DNA from: Nocardioidaceae bacterium
Lineage (GTDB): Bacteria; Actinomycetota; Actinomycetes; Propionibacteriales; Nocardioidaceae
Length of the DNA stretch: 33,324 bases
Direction: 5' to 3'
NCBI GenBank assembly: GCA_013698435.1
Contig: JACCVA010000082.1
Span: 1-33,324 of the forward strand
The number at the start of each line of letters is the position of its first letter. Positions within the stretch are counted from its first letter, which is position 1. A program made the translations under genes and the position numbers. Below the pieces are notes generated by a model. That model was not told the origin of the DNA. It saw only the letters and a list, made by a program, of their open reading frames with translations, and ran no database searches. Shown here one piece after another: positions 19,648 to 31,907 of the stretch.

Positions 19648-20901
19648 ATGAGCCCTCTCCCGGACGAGCGCGGCCACTTCGGTCGCTTCGGCGGCCGTTT
19701 CATGCCCGAGGCCCTGATCGGCCCCCTCGACGAGCTCGAGCAGGCCTGGCAGGACGCGATGGCCGACGACGCCTTCGTCGCCGACTTCGAGCGACTGCTG
19801 CGCGAGTACGCCGGCGTACCCAGCCTTCTCTACGACGCCACCCGGTTCAGCGAGGTCGTCGGGGCCCGCGTGCTGCTGAAGCGGGAGGATCTCAACCACA
19901 CCGGCGCGCACAAGATCCGCAACGTGCTGGGTCAGGCGCTGCTCACCCAGCGGATGGGCAAGCGGCGGGTGATCGCCGAGACCGGTGCAGGTCAGCACGG
20001 CGTCGCCGCCGCCACCGCGGCGGCCTACCTCGGCCTCGAGTGCCGTGTCTACATGGGGGAGGTCGACACCGAGCGGCAAGCGCTCAACGTGGCGCGGATG
20101 AAGATGCTCGGTGCGGAGGTGGTCTCGGTGACCTCCGGCAGCCGCACGCTGAAGGACGCCATCAACGAGGCGATCCGGGAGTGGGTCGCGACGGTCGACC
20201 ACACGGCGTACCTGTTCGGCACCGCAGCCGGCCCACACCCGTTCCCGGCGATGGTCAGAAGCTTCACCCGCGGCATCGGCGACGAGACACGGGCCCAGTG
20301 CCTGGAGCTGTTCGGCCGGCTCCCTGACGCGGCACTCGCCTGCGTCGGGGGCGGTTCAAACGCCATCGGTATGTTCACGGCCTTCATCGATGATCCGAAC
20401 GTCCGGCTCTACGGGTTCGAGCCTGGCGGCGAAGGCTTCGAGACCGGCCGCCATGCCGCCACGATCACCGCCGGGGCGGTCGGCGTCCTGCACGGCACCC
20501 GCTCGTTCCTGCTGCAGGACGACGAGGGCCAGACGTTGGAGTCGCACTCGATCTCCGCCGGGCTCGACTACCCGGGGGTCGGTCCGGAGCACGCCTGGCT
20601 GGCCGAGACCGGCCGCGCCACGTACCGCCCGATCACCGACGCGCAGGCGATGGACGCGATGGTGGTGTTGGCGAAGACCGAGGGGATCATCCCGGCCATC
20701 GAGAGCGCGCACGCGCTCGCGGGTGCCTACGACGTCGCCCGCGAGCTCGGTCCCGACGCGACGCTCGCGATCTGCCTGTCCGGGCGCGGTGACAAGGACA
20801 TGGTCACCGCCGCGACATGGTTCGACCTCGTCGAGGTTGCCGATGTGGTGGACGACGTCGTCGACGACGCGGTGGACGACACGGCCGTGGACCCGCGGTG
20901 A
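19648..20901 (+). CDS. trpB: Tryptophan synthase beta chain (with an unusual acidic C-terminal tail)
   Basis: [21 protein letters not shown] (PLP lysine), GGGSNAIG and SGRGDKD motifs are present. The ~25-aa tail is [23 protein letters not shown]. Confidence 0.95.
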   Translation: MSPLPDERGHFGRFGGRFMPEALIGPLDELEQAWQDAMADDAFVADFERLLREYAGVPSLLYDATRFSEVVGARVLLKREDLNHTGAHKIRNVLGQALLTQRMGKRRVIAETGAGQHGVAAATAAAYLGLECRVYMGEVDTERQALNVARMKMLGAEVVSVTSGSRTLKDAINEAIREWVATVDHTAYLFGTAAGPHPFPAMVRSFTRGIGDETRAQCLELFGRLPDAALACVGGGSNAIGMFTAFIDDPNVRLYGFEPGGEGFETGRHAATITAGAVGVLHGTRSFLLQDDEGQTLESHSISAGLDYPGVGPEHAWLAETGRATYRPITDAQAMDAMVVLAKTEGIIPAIESAHALAGAYDVARELGPDATLAICLSGRGDKDMVTAATWFDLVEVADVVDDVVDDAVDDTAVDPR

Positions 20902-21698
20902 CGGCAGGTGTCGCGCCGGTGCTGGCGCGTACGCGCGGCGAGGGGCGCGCCGCGCTCGTCGGCTACCTCCCGGCCGGCTTCCCGACCGTGGACGCCTCGG
21001 TCGACCTGATCAGGGCCATGGTGGACGGCGGCGTCGACCTGGTCGAGGTGGGGCTGCCGTACTCCGACCCGGTGATGGACGGCCCGACGATCCAGGCAGC
21101 TGCCGACGCCGCGCTCAAGGGCGGCACCCGGATCGATGACGTGTTCAGGGTCGTGGAGGCGGCCGCCGCGCTGGTCCCGACCCTCGTGATGACCTACTGG
21201 AACCCCGTCGAGCGCTACGGCGTCGACCGCTTCACCGCCCGGCTACGTGAGGCCGGAGGCGCGGGACTGATCACCCCTGACCTCATCCCGGACGAGGCGG
21301 CGGAGTGGATCGCCGCTGCCGACGAGCATCACCTCGACAAGGTCTTCCTCGTCGCCCCGTCCTCCACCCAGGCGCGGCTCGAGATGACCGCCGCACACTG
21401 CCGCGGCTTCGTCTACGCCACCGCCGTGATGGGTGTCACCGGTGCCCGCGAGCAGGCGAGCAGCGCGGCGCCCGAGCTCGTCAGGCGGACCCGTGCGGTG
21501 ACCGCCCTCCCCATCGGGGTGGGTCTCGGGGTGTCCAATGGGCAACAGGCCGCAGCGGTCGCACACTACGCCGACGCCGTCATCGTCGGCAGCGCCTTGG
21601 TGCGGGCCGCGATCGAGGCCGACGACCCCGCCGGCGCGGTCGCCGCCGTCGCCGATCTGACCCGTGACCTGGCGCGCGGCGTGCACGGGGAACTTTGA
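20898..21698 (+). CDS. trpA: Tryptophan synthase alpha chain
   Basis: GTGA overlap with trp[26 protein letters not shown] and GVGLGVS motifs are present. Confidence 0.93.
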   Translation: MTAGVAPVLARTRGEGRAALVGYLPAGFPTVDASVDLIRAMVDGGVDLVEVGLPYSDPVMDGPTIQAAADAALKGGTRIDDVFRVVEAAAALVPTLVMTYWNPVERYGVDRFTARLREAGGAGLITPDLIPDEAAEWIAAADEHHLDKVFLVAPSSTQARLEMTAAHCRGFVYATAVMGVTGAREQASSAAPELVRRTRAVTALPIGVGLGVSNGQQAAAVAHYADAVIVGSALVRAAIEADDPAGAVAAVADLTRDLARGVHGEL

Positions 21699-21724
21699 GC
21701 CGTTGGATCGGGTTGTACTGACCG

Positions 21725-22381
21725 ATGCCCCCCCGCCTCCGCGCCGCCCCTGTGCTGGCTGTTGTCAGCAGCACGCTCTTGCTGGCTGCCTGCGGTGGCG
21801 GCAACACCGATCAACCGCAACCGGACAACCCCGGCGGCGTTCTCATCTCCGGTGTCGACGAGGGTCGGTTCAAGGGCGCCGAGCCCGCCACCCCGTACGA
21901 CATGCCCGACGTCACTCTCACCGCCACCAACGGCCGCGACTTCAACCTCATCTCCGACACGGCGTACCCGGTGACGCTCGTCTTCTACGGCTATACGCAC
22001 TGCCCGGACATCTGCCCCCTCGTGATGAGCGACATCACCTCGGCGATGGTGCAGCTTCCGGACGAGGTGCGGGGTGACACCCAACTGGTCTTCATCACCA
22101 CCGATCCCGCCCGCGACACACCGCAGGTGCTGCGCGACTACCTCGACCGTTTCAACAGCGAGTTCGTCGGGCTCACCGGCGACCTCGACCTGATCGTGCG
22201 AGCAGCCGACGACATGGGCGTCGCGATCGAGGGCAAGAAGTCCCTCCCGAGCGGCGGGTACGACGTCGGCCACGGCGCGCAGGTCATCGCCTTCAAAGGC
22301 GACGAGGCGCCGGTGCTGTGGACCCCGGGGACGTCGGTCGGCGACATCGTGGACGACATCACCGCGCTGGCCGGGCCGTGA
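21725..22381 (+). CDS. SCO1/SenC family copper-chaperone / thiol-disulfide lipoprotein
   Basis: It has the lipobox LLAA|C, a thioredoxin fold with FYGYTHCPDICP (CxxxC), and a downstream conserved His (DVGHGAQV). Confidence 0.85.
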   Translation: MPPRLRAAPVLAVVSSTLLLAACGGGNTDQPQPDNPGGVLISGVDEGRFKGAEPATPYDMPDVTLTATNGRDFNLISDTAYPVTLVFYGYTHCPDICPLVMSDITSAMVQLPDEVRGDTQLVFITTDPARDTPQVLRDYLDRFNSEFVGLTGDLDLIVRAADDMGVAIEGKKSLPSGGYDVGHGAQVIAFKGDEAPVLWTPGTSVGDIVDDITALAGP

Positions 22382-22415
22382 CCCCACCTCGGGCGCGGGG
22401 TAGGTTGCAGGCGCT

Positions 22416-23423
22416 ATGACTACGCTTGCCTTCCTCCCCAGTCCGAGCCAGGGGGTCTGGCACCTGGGTCCGCTGCCGATCCGCGGCTACGCGCTGTGCA
22501 TCATCCTCGGCATCGTCGTGGCCGTGTGGGTAGGCGACCGACGGTGGGTGAGGCGAGGCGGCACCCCCGGCGCCGTCGGCGACGTGGCTATCTGGGCCGT
22601 TCCGTTCGGCCTGGTGGGGGGACGGCTCTACCACGTCCTCACTGACCCCGAGCTGTACTTCGGGGCGGACAAGAACCCCGTCACGGCGCTCTACATCTGG
22701 CGCGGCGGCCTCGGCATCTGGGGGGCGATCGCGCTGGGCGCGCTGGGCGCCTACATCGGCTGTCGCCTCCGGGGCCTGGACTTCCGGGCGTACGCCGACG
22801 CGCTGGCCCCCGGGATCGTGCTCGCCCAGGCGATCGGCCGGTGGGGGAACTGGTTCAACCAGGAGCTGTACGGGAAACCCACCACGCTGCCGTGGGGGTT
22901 GGAGATCGACGCCGAGCACCGTGGCCAGCTGCCCGTCTCGATGCAGGACGAGCAGACGTTCCATCCGACGTTCCTCTACGAGTCGCTGTGGTGCCTGGGC
23001 GTCGCAGCGCTGGTGGTCTGGGCCGAGCGCCGCTACCGGCTGGGGTACGGCCGGGCCTTCGCCCTCTACGTGATGGCCTACACGGTCGGCCGCGGCTGGA
23101 TCGAGTACCTGCGTGTCGACACGGCCAACTCCTTCTTCGGTGTCCGGCTCAACGTGTTCACGTCCATCGTGGTGTTCGTGTTCGCGGCGGCATACTTCGT
23201 CATTGTGGGCAGGCGCCACCCCGGCGCCGAGGAGGACATCGAGCGGCGTCGCGACGACGACGAACCCGACCAGGTCGTCGACGACGAAGCCCGCCCGGCG
23301 GCGTCGGCCCCCGACGCGGACGACGACGTGGACGACGACGCGGGCGGCGAGACGGCACACGCTGCCGGGGCCGACGTCGACGTGCCTCCGGAGAAGCCGG
23401 CGCCACCCGGTCCTCGGACTTAG
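22416..23423 (+). CDS. lgt: Prolipoprotein diacylglyceryl transferase with an acidic C-terminal extension
   Basis: GLGIWGAI and GRWGNWFNQELYG signatures are present. The C-terminal ~80 aa are Asp/Glu/Pro/Ala-rich. Confidence 0.93.
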   Translation: MTTLAFLPSPSQGVWHLGPLPIRGYALCIILGIVVAVWVGDRRWVRRGGTPGAVGDVAIWAVPFGLVGGRLYHVLTDPELYFGADKNPVTALYIWRGGLGIWGAIALGALGAYIGCRLRGLDFRAYADALAPGIVLAQAIGRWGNWFNQELYGKPTTLPWGLEIDAEHRGQLPVSMQDEQTFHPTFLYESLWCLGVAALVVWAERRYRLGYGRAFALYVMAYTVGRGWIEYLRVDTANSFFGVRLNVFTSIVVFVFAAAYFVIVGRRHPGAEEDIERRRDDDEPDQVVDDEARPAASAPDADDDVDDDAGGETAHAAGADVDVPPEKPAPPGPRT

Positions 23424-23470
23424 GCAGACCTGAGCCGTCGCCGTCAGCCGGCGCCGACGACAATGGGGTC

Positions 23471-24202
23471 ATGGATGAACATCCTGCGACCGCGGCGAAC
23501 GAGCAGACGGTCAACCACGAGCACCCGAACGTGTCGGGTGGCTGGCTACGGCCGGCCGTCTTCGGCGCCATGGACGGCCTGGTGTCCAACTTCGCCCTTA
23601 TCGCCGGCGTCGTCGGCGGCACCGAGGGTGGGCACTCCGACACCGTCGTGCTGGCGGGGCTCGCCGGCCTCGCCGCAGGCGCCTTCTCGATGGCCGCGGG
23701 GGAGTACACCTCGGTCGCCAGCCAGGCCGAGTACACCGCGAAGGAGATCGAGATCGAGCGCCGCGAGATTCTGGCGAGCCCGCTGGCCGAGCAGGCCGAG
23801 CTCGCGCAGATGTACGTCGACCGGGGGATCGACCGCTTGCTTGCCGACCAGGTGGCCGCCCAGGTGCACTCCGACCCGCGCCTCGCGGTGCAGGTGCATG
23901 CCCGCGAGGAGCTCGGCGTCGACCCTGACAACCTGCCGTCTCCGGTGGTGGCCGCCGTCTCCTCCTTCATCTCGTTCGCGATCGGGGCGGCTCTTCCCGT
24001 GCTGCCGTACGTGCTCGGTGCGGACACGATCTGGCCGGCGCTGCTTGTGAGCCTCGTGGGCCTGTTCGCCTGCGGCGCCGTGGTGTCCGCGGTGACGACG
24101 CGCACGTGGTGGTACGGCGGGATCCGCCAGATGGTGTTGGGTGGTCTGGCAGCCGGGGTGACGTTCTTCATCGGAAGCCTCGTCGGGGCAAGTCTCGGCT
24201 GA
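23471..24202 (+). CDS. VIT1/CCC1 family iron/manganese transporter
   Basis: GAMDGLVSNFALIAGV and AGEYTSV are present, with a central acidic helical region and C-terminal TM segments. The ORF upstream of ATG 23471 overlaps lgt out of frame. Confidence 0.85.
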   Translation: MDEHPATAANEQTVNHEHPNVSGGWLRPAVFGAMDGLVSNFALIAGVVGGTEGGHSDTVVLAGLAGLAAGAFSMAAGEYTSVASQAEYTAKEIEIERREILASPLAEQAELAQMYVDRGIDRLLADQVAAQVHSDPRLAVQVHAREELGVDPDNLPSPVVAAVSSFISFAIGAALPVLPYVLGADTIWPALLVSLVGLFACGAVVSAVTTRTWWYGGIRQMVLGGLAAGVTFFIGSLVGASLG

Positions 24203-24232
24203 CCGGAGCCGAGCGGGCCGCGCTGTGCCACG

Positions 24233-25696
24233 ATGGCGGCCATGGCATCTGGATGGTTCTCGTTCGACCGATGGGACGAACGCGCAGGCGACGGGATCGA
24301 GGCGCTGCTACGGCGCCATCACCGGCGGCGGCTGAGCCGCCTCGGCTGGCGGCAGACGCTCGACAACCCGACCGACGGCTCGTGGTGGTCGCCTCGGGCA
24401 CGAGTGCGCAGCGGCAACCACGTCGAGGTGCTGATTGACGGTGCCTCGGCGTTGGCCGCGATGGAGCAGGCGATCAGCGAGGCCCAGAAGTCGGTTCACA
24501 TCGCCGGTTGGCATGCCAGCCCCGACTTCAAGCTGACCCGCGGACCGGAGGCGCCGCAGCTGCGCGACCTGCTCGCCGATGTCGCCCAACGCGTCCCCGT
24601 ACGCCTGCTGCTCTGGGCCGGCCCGCCCATGCCCGCCTTCGAGCCCACTCGACGGATGGTGCGGCAGGCCCGGGAGGAGTTCGTCCGAGACAGCCGACTG
24701 CAGTGCGCGCTGGACGGTCGAGAGCGCACCTTGCACTGCCACCACGAGAAGATCATGGTCATCGACGGCGACTTGGCGTTCGTGGGCGGCATCGACTTCA
24801 CCGCCCTGCAAGGTGACCGGCACGACGAGCCGGTCCACCCGCCCAGAGGGCCGCTCGGCTGGCACGACGCCGCCGTACGCCTGCGGGGCCCGGCGGTCGC
24901 CGACGTGGCTGACCACTTCGACAAGCGCTGGCGCGAGGTGACCGGGGAGCAGCTCCCTGCGGCGGTGGAGCCGCCCGCGGCGGGGGAGTCGGAGGTGCAG
25001 GTCCTGCGCACGGTGCCCGAGAAGACCTACGACTTCTCGCCCCGCGGCGAGTTCACCATCCTGGACGCCTACCTGCGGGTGCTGCGGCTGGCTGAGCGGT
25101 TCATCTATCTCGAGAACCAGTTCCTGTGGTCGCCAGAGGTGGTGGACGTGCTGGCGGAGCGGCTCGAGAACCCGCCTTGCGACGACTTCAGGGTGGTGCT
25201 GGTGCTTCCCACCAAGCCGAGCAACGGTGCGGACACGACACGCGGCCAGCTGGGGCGGCTCACCGATGCCGACGGCGGCTCCGGTCGGCTCCTTGCCACC
25301 ACGATCAGCGCGAACGGAGACGATGAACAGGCGTCGGTGTACGTCCACGCCAAGATCGCGATCATCGACGACCGGTGGCTGACGATCGGGTCAGCGAACC
25401 TCAATGAGCACTCGCTGTTCAACGACACCGAGATGAACGTCTCCACGTGTGACGCCGCGCTGGCACGCTCCACCCGGCTGCGGCTCTGGGCGGAGCACAC
25501 CGAGCAGCCGATCGAGGCGATCGACAAGGAGCCATCCGTCGTCATCGACGAGATCTGGCGCCCGACCGCTGAGGAGCAGGCGCGCCGTGACGACGCCGGT
25601 CTGCCCCGCACGCACCGGCTGACGCTGCTGCCGAGCGTGTCCCGACGCACCCACCGCCTGGAGGGACCGATGCGTGGCCTGCTGGTGGACGGCTGA
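24233..25696 (+). CDS. Phospholipase D family protein with two HKD motifs, no signal peptide
   Basis: HKD1 is HCHHEKIMVIDGDLAFVGGID. HKD2 is YVHAKIAIIDDRWLTIGSANLN. The start is ATG 24233 or 24242. Confidence 0.85.
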   Translation: MAAMASGWFSFDRWDERAGDGIEALLRRHHRRRLSRLGWRQTLDNPTDGSWWSPRARVRSGNHVEVLIDGASALAAMEQAISEAQKSVHIAGWHASPDFKLTRGPEAPQLRDLLADVAQRVPVRLLLWAGPPMPAFEPTRRMVRQAREEFVRDSRLQCALDGRERTLHCHHEKIMVIDGDLAFVGGIDFTALQGDRHDEPVHPPRGPLGWHDAAVRLRGPAVADVADHFDKRWREVTGEQLPAAVEPPAAGESEVQVLRTVPEKTYDFSPRGEFTILDAYLRVLRLAERFIYLENQFLWSPEVVDVLAERLENPPCDDFRVVLVLPTKPSNGADTTRGQLGRLTDADGGSGRLLATTISANGDDEQASVYVHAKIAIIDDRWLTIGSANLNEHSLFNDTEMNVSTCDAALARSTRLRLWAEHTEQPIEAIDKEPSVVIDEIWRPTAEEQARRDDAGLPRTHRLTLLPSVSRRTHRLEGPMRGLLVDG

Positions 25697-25868
25697 CGTT
25701 GGCCGGTCCCCGAGCCCGGCGCCCGGGTGACGCGTCTCAGATACAGGGGTGATGGCCGACCGTCCGGCTGCGCCTCGTGTAGTCTCACCGCAACATCAGG
25801 GCCAACGTCGTCCCGCTTCCAGCACACCTCCATCGACCTCGGTGATGGACGACGACGGGAGACGTGCC

Positions 25869-30390
<4,522 letters not shown>

Positions 30391-30398
<8 letters not shown>

Positions 30399-31857
30399 CC
30401 CCCGTGGGTTCCTGACGACACCGCGCGAGGTCGCGCAGCGGCGGCCGGTGGCGGAGCGGGTGCAGGACTGGAAGGAGGTGTACGCCGACGACGTCGGACG
30501 CACGCTGCTGCCGATCATCACCAAGCAGGCCGGTCGTTGCATGGACTGCGGGATCCCGTTCTGCCACCAGGGCTGCCCGTTGGGCAACCTGATCCCGGAG
30601 TGGAACGACCTCGTGCACCGCGACGACTGGGAGTCGGCGATCGAGCGCCTGCATGCCACCAACAACTTCCCGGAGTTCACCGGGCGGCTGTGCCCCGCAC
30701 CCTGCGAGACATCGTGCGTGCTCGGCATCAACGCGGAACCGGTGACGATCAAGAACGTCGAGGTCGCGATCGTCGACAAGGCGTGGGACGAGGGTTTCAT
30801 CAGGCCGCAGCAGGTCGACTGGCTCACCGGCAAGACGGTCGCGGTCATCGGTTCCGGACCGGCCGGCCTAGCGGTCGCGCAACAGCTCACCCGGGCCGGA
30901 CACACGGTGGCGGTCTACGAGCGTGCCGACAAGCCCGGCGGACTGCTGCGGTACGGCATCCCGGAGTTCAAGATGGAGAAGCGACAGGTCGACCGTCGAC
31001 TGAACCAGATGCGACGAGAAGGAACGGTCTTTCGGATAGGCGTCGACGTAGGCAGGGACCTGACCGGCGACCAGCTGCGCGACCGCTTCGACGCGGTGGT
31101 GCTGGCGACTGGGGCAACCGTCGCCAGGGAGCTCGCGATCCCGGGCCGCGAGCTCGACGGCATCCACCAGGCAATGGACTTTCTTCCTCAGGCCAACCGT
31201 GCCGCGCACGGCATCGAGGTCGAAAGCCAGATCAGCGCCGCCGGGAAGCACGTCGTGGTCATCGGCGGCGGTGACACCGGCGCCGACTGCGTCGGCACCG
31301 CCCATCGCCAAGGCGCTGCCTCGGTGACCCAGCTCGAGATCATGCCCCGGCCCGCCGACGAACGCGCCGGCGGCCACCCCTGGCCGACGTACCCGATGAT
31401 CTACCGGGTGTCCTCGGCGCACGAGGAGGGTGGCGAACGGGTGTACGCCGTGTCGACGACCGAGTTCGTCGCGGGGCGGGACGGGCGCGTGGGAGCGCTG
31501 CGGCTGGCGGAGGCAGAGATGGTCGACGGTCGCTTCGATCCCGTCGACAGCAGTGGGCGTGAGCTGCCGGCGCAGCTGGTGCTGCTGGCAATGGGCTTCA
31601 CCGGCCCCGAGGTCGGCGGCGTGGTGGCCCAGCTCGGTGTCGAGCTCGACGAGCGTGGAAACGTGGCGCGCGATCGCTCCTACATGACCTCGGTGCCGGG
31701 GATCTTCGTCGCCGGGGACGCCGGTCGCGGTCAGTCGCTGATCGTGTGGGCGATCGCCGAAGGCAGGTCCGCCGCGGCCGGAGTGGACGCCTACCTGACG
31801 GGCGGGACTGCGCTTCCGGCGCCGATCCCTCCCACCGCGCGCCCGATGGCCGTGTAG
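30391..31857 (+). CDS. gltD: Glutamate synthase small subunit (NADPH)
   Basis: There is an 8-nt overlap with gltB. Fe-S cysteine clusters [10 protein letters not shown]...CPLGN and CPAPCETSC are present. Dinucleotide folds [12 protein letters not shown] and [12 protein letters not shown] are present. Confidence 0.95.
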
Positions 31858-31907
31858 CGGGTACTACGACGAGTCCACTGCCAGGCAGGCCGGTTGAGTG
31901 GTAGCGG

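Noticed and set aside
22841-23470. The long 5' extension of the VIT-family ORF (453 aa in the track) overlapping lgt. The analogous extensions are those of hisC (11747), hisB (12877), hisH (13347), the lipoprotein gene (13577), hisF (16581), trpA (20817) and the Trp membrane protein (17845).
   Set aside because: The extensions are Arg/Gly/Pro-rich and overlap the preceding homologous gene out of frame. In each case an internal start gives the canonical protein N-terminus, often with a 1- or 4-nt overlap with the upstream stop.
23424-23470. An imperfect inverted repeat GTCGCCG...CGGCGCCGAC after lgt that could be a terminator.
   Set aside because: The stem is interrupted, there is no U-tract, and the downstream VIT gene lies only 47 nt away on the same strand. 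The evidence is insufficient.
25749-25868. A possible 40-aa N-terminal extension of GltB from GTG 25749 or ATG 25845.
   Set aside because: There is no SD before either start, whereas ATG 25869 has GGGAGA at 7 nt. The mature GltB starts at the conserved Cys anyway. I keep this only as an ambiguity in the gltB finding.
31875-31901. A possible hairpin CCACT...AGTGG between the convergent gltD and HNH genes that could act as a bidirectional terminator.
   Set aside because: The outer stem is only 5 bp, the interior pairs poorly and there is no U-tract. This is too weak to call.
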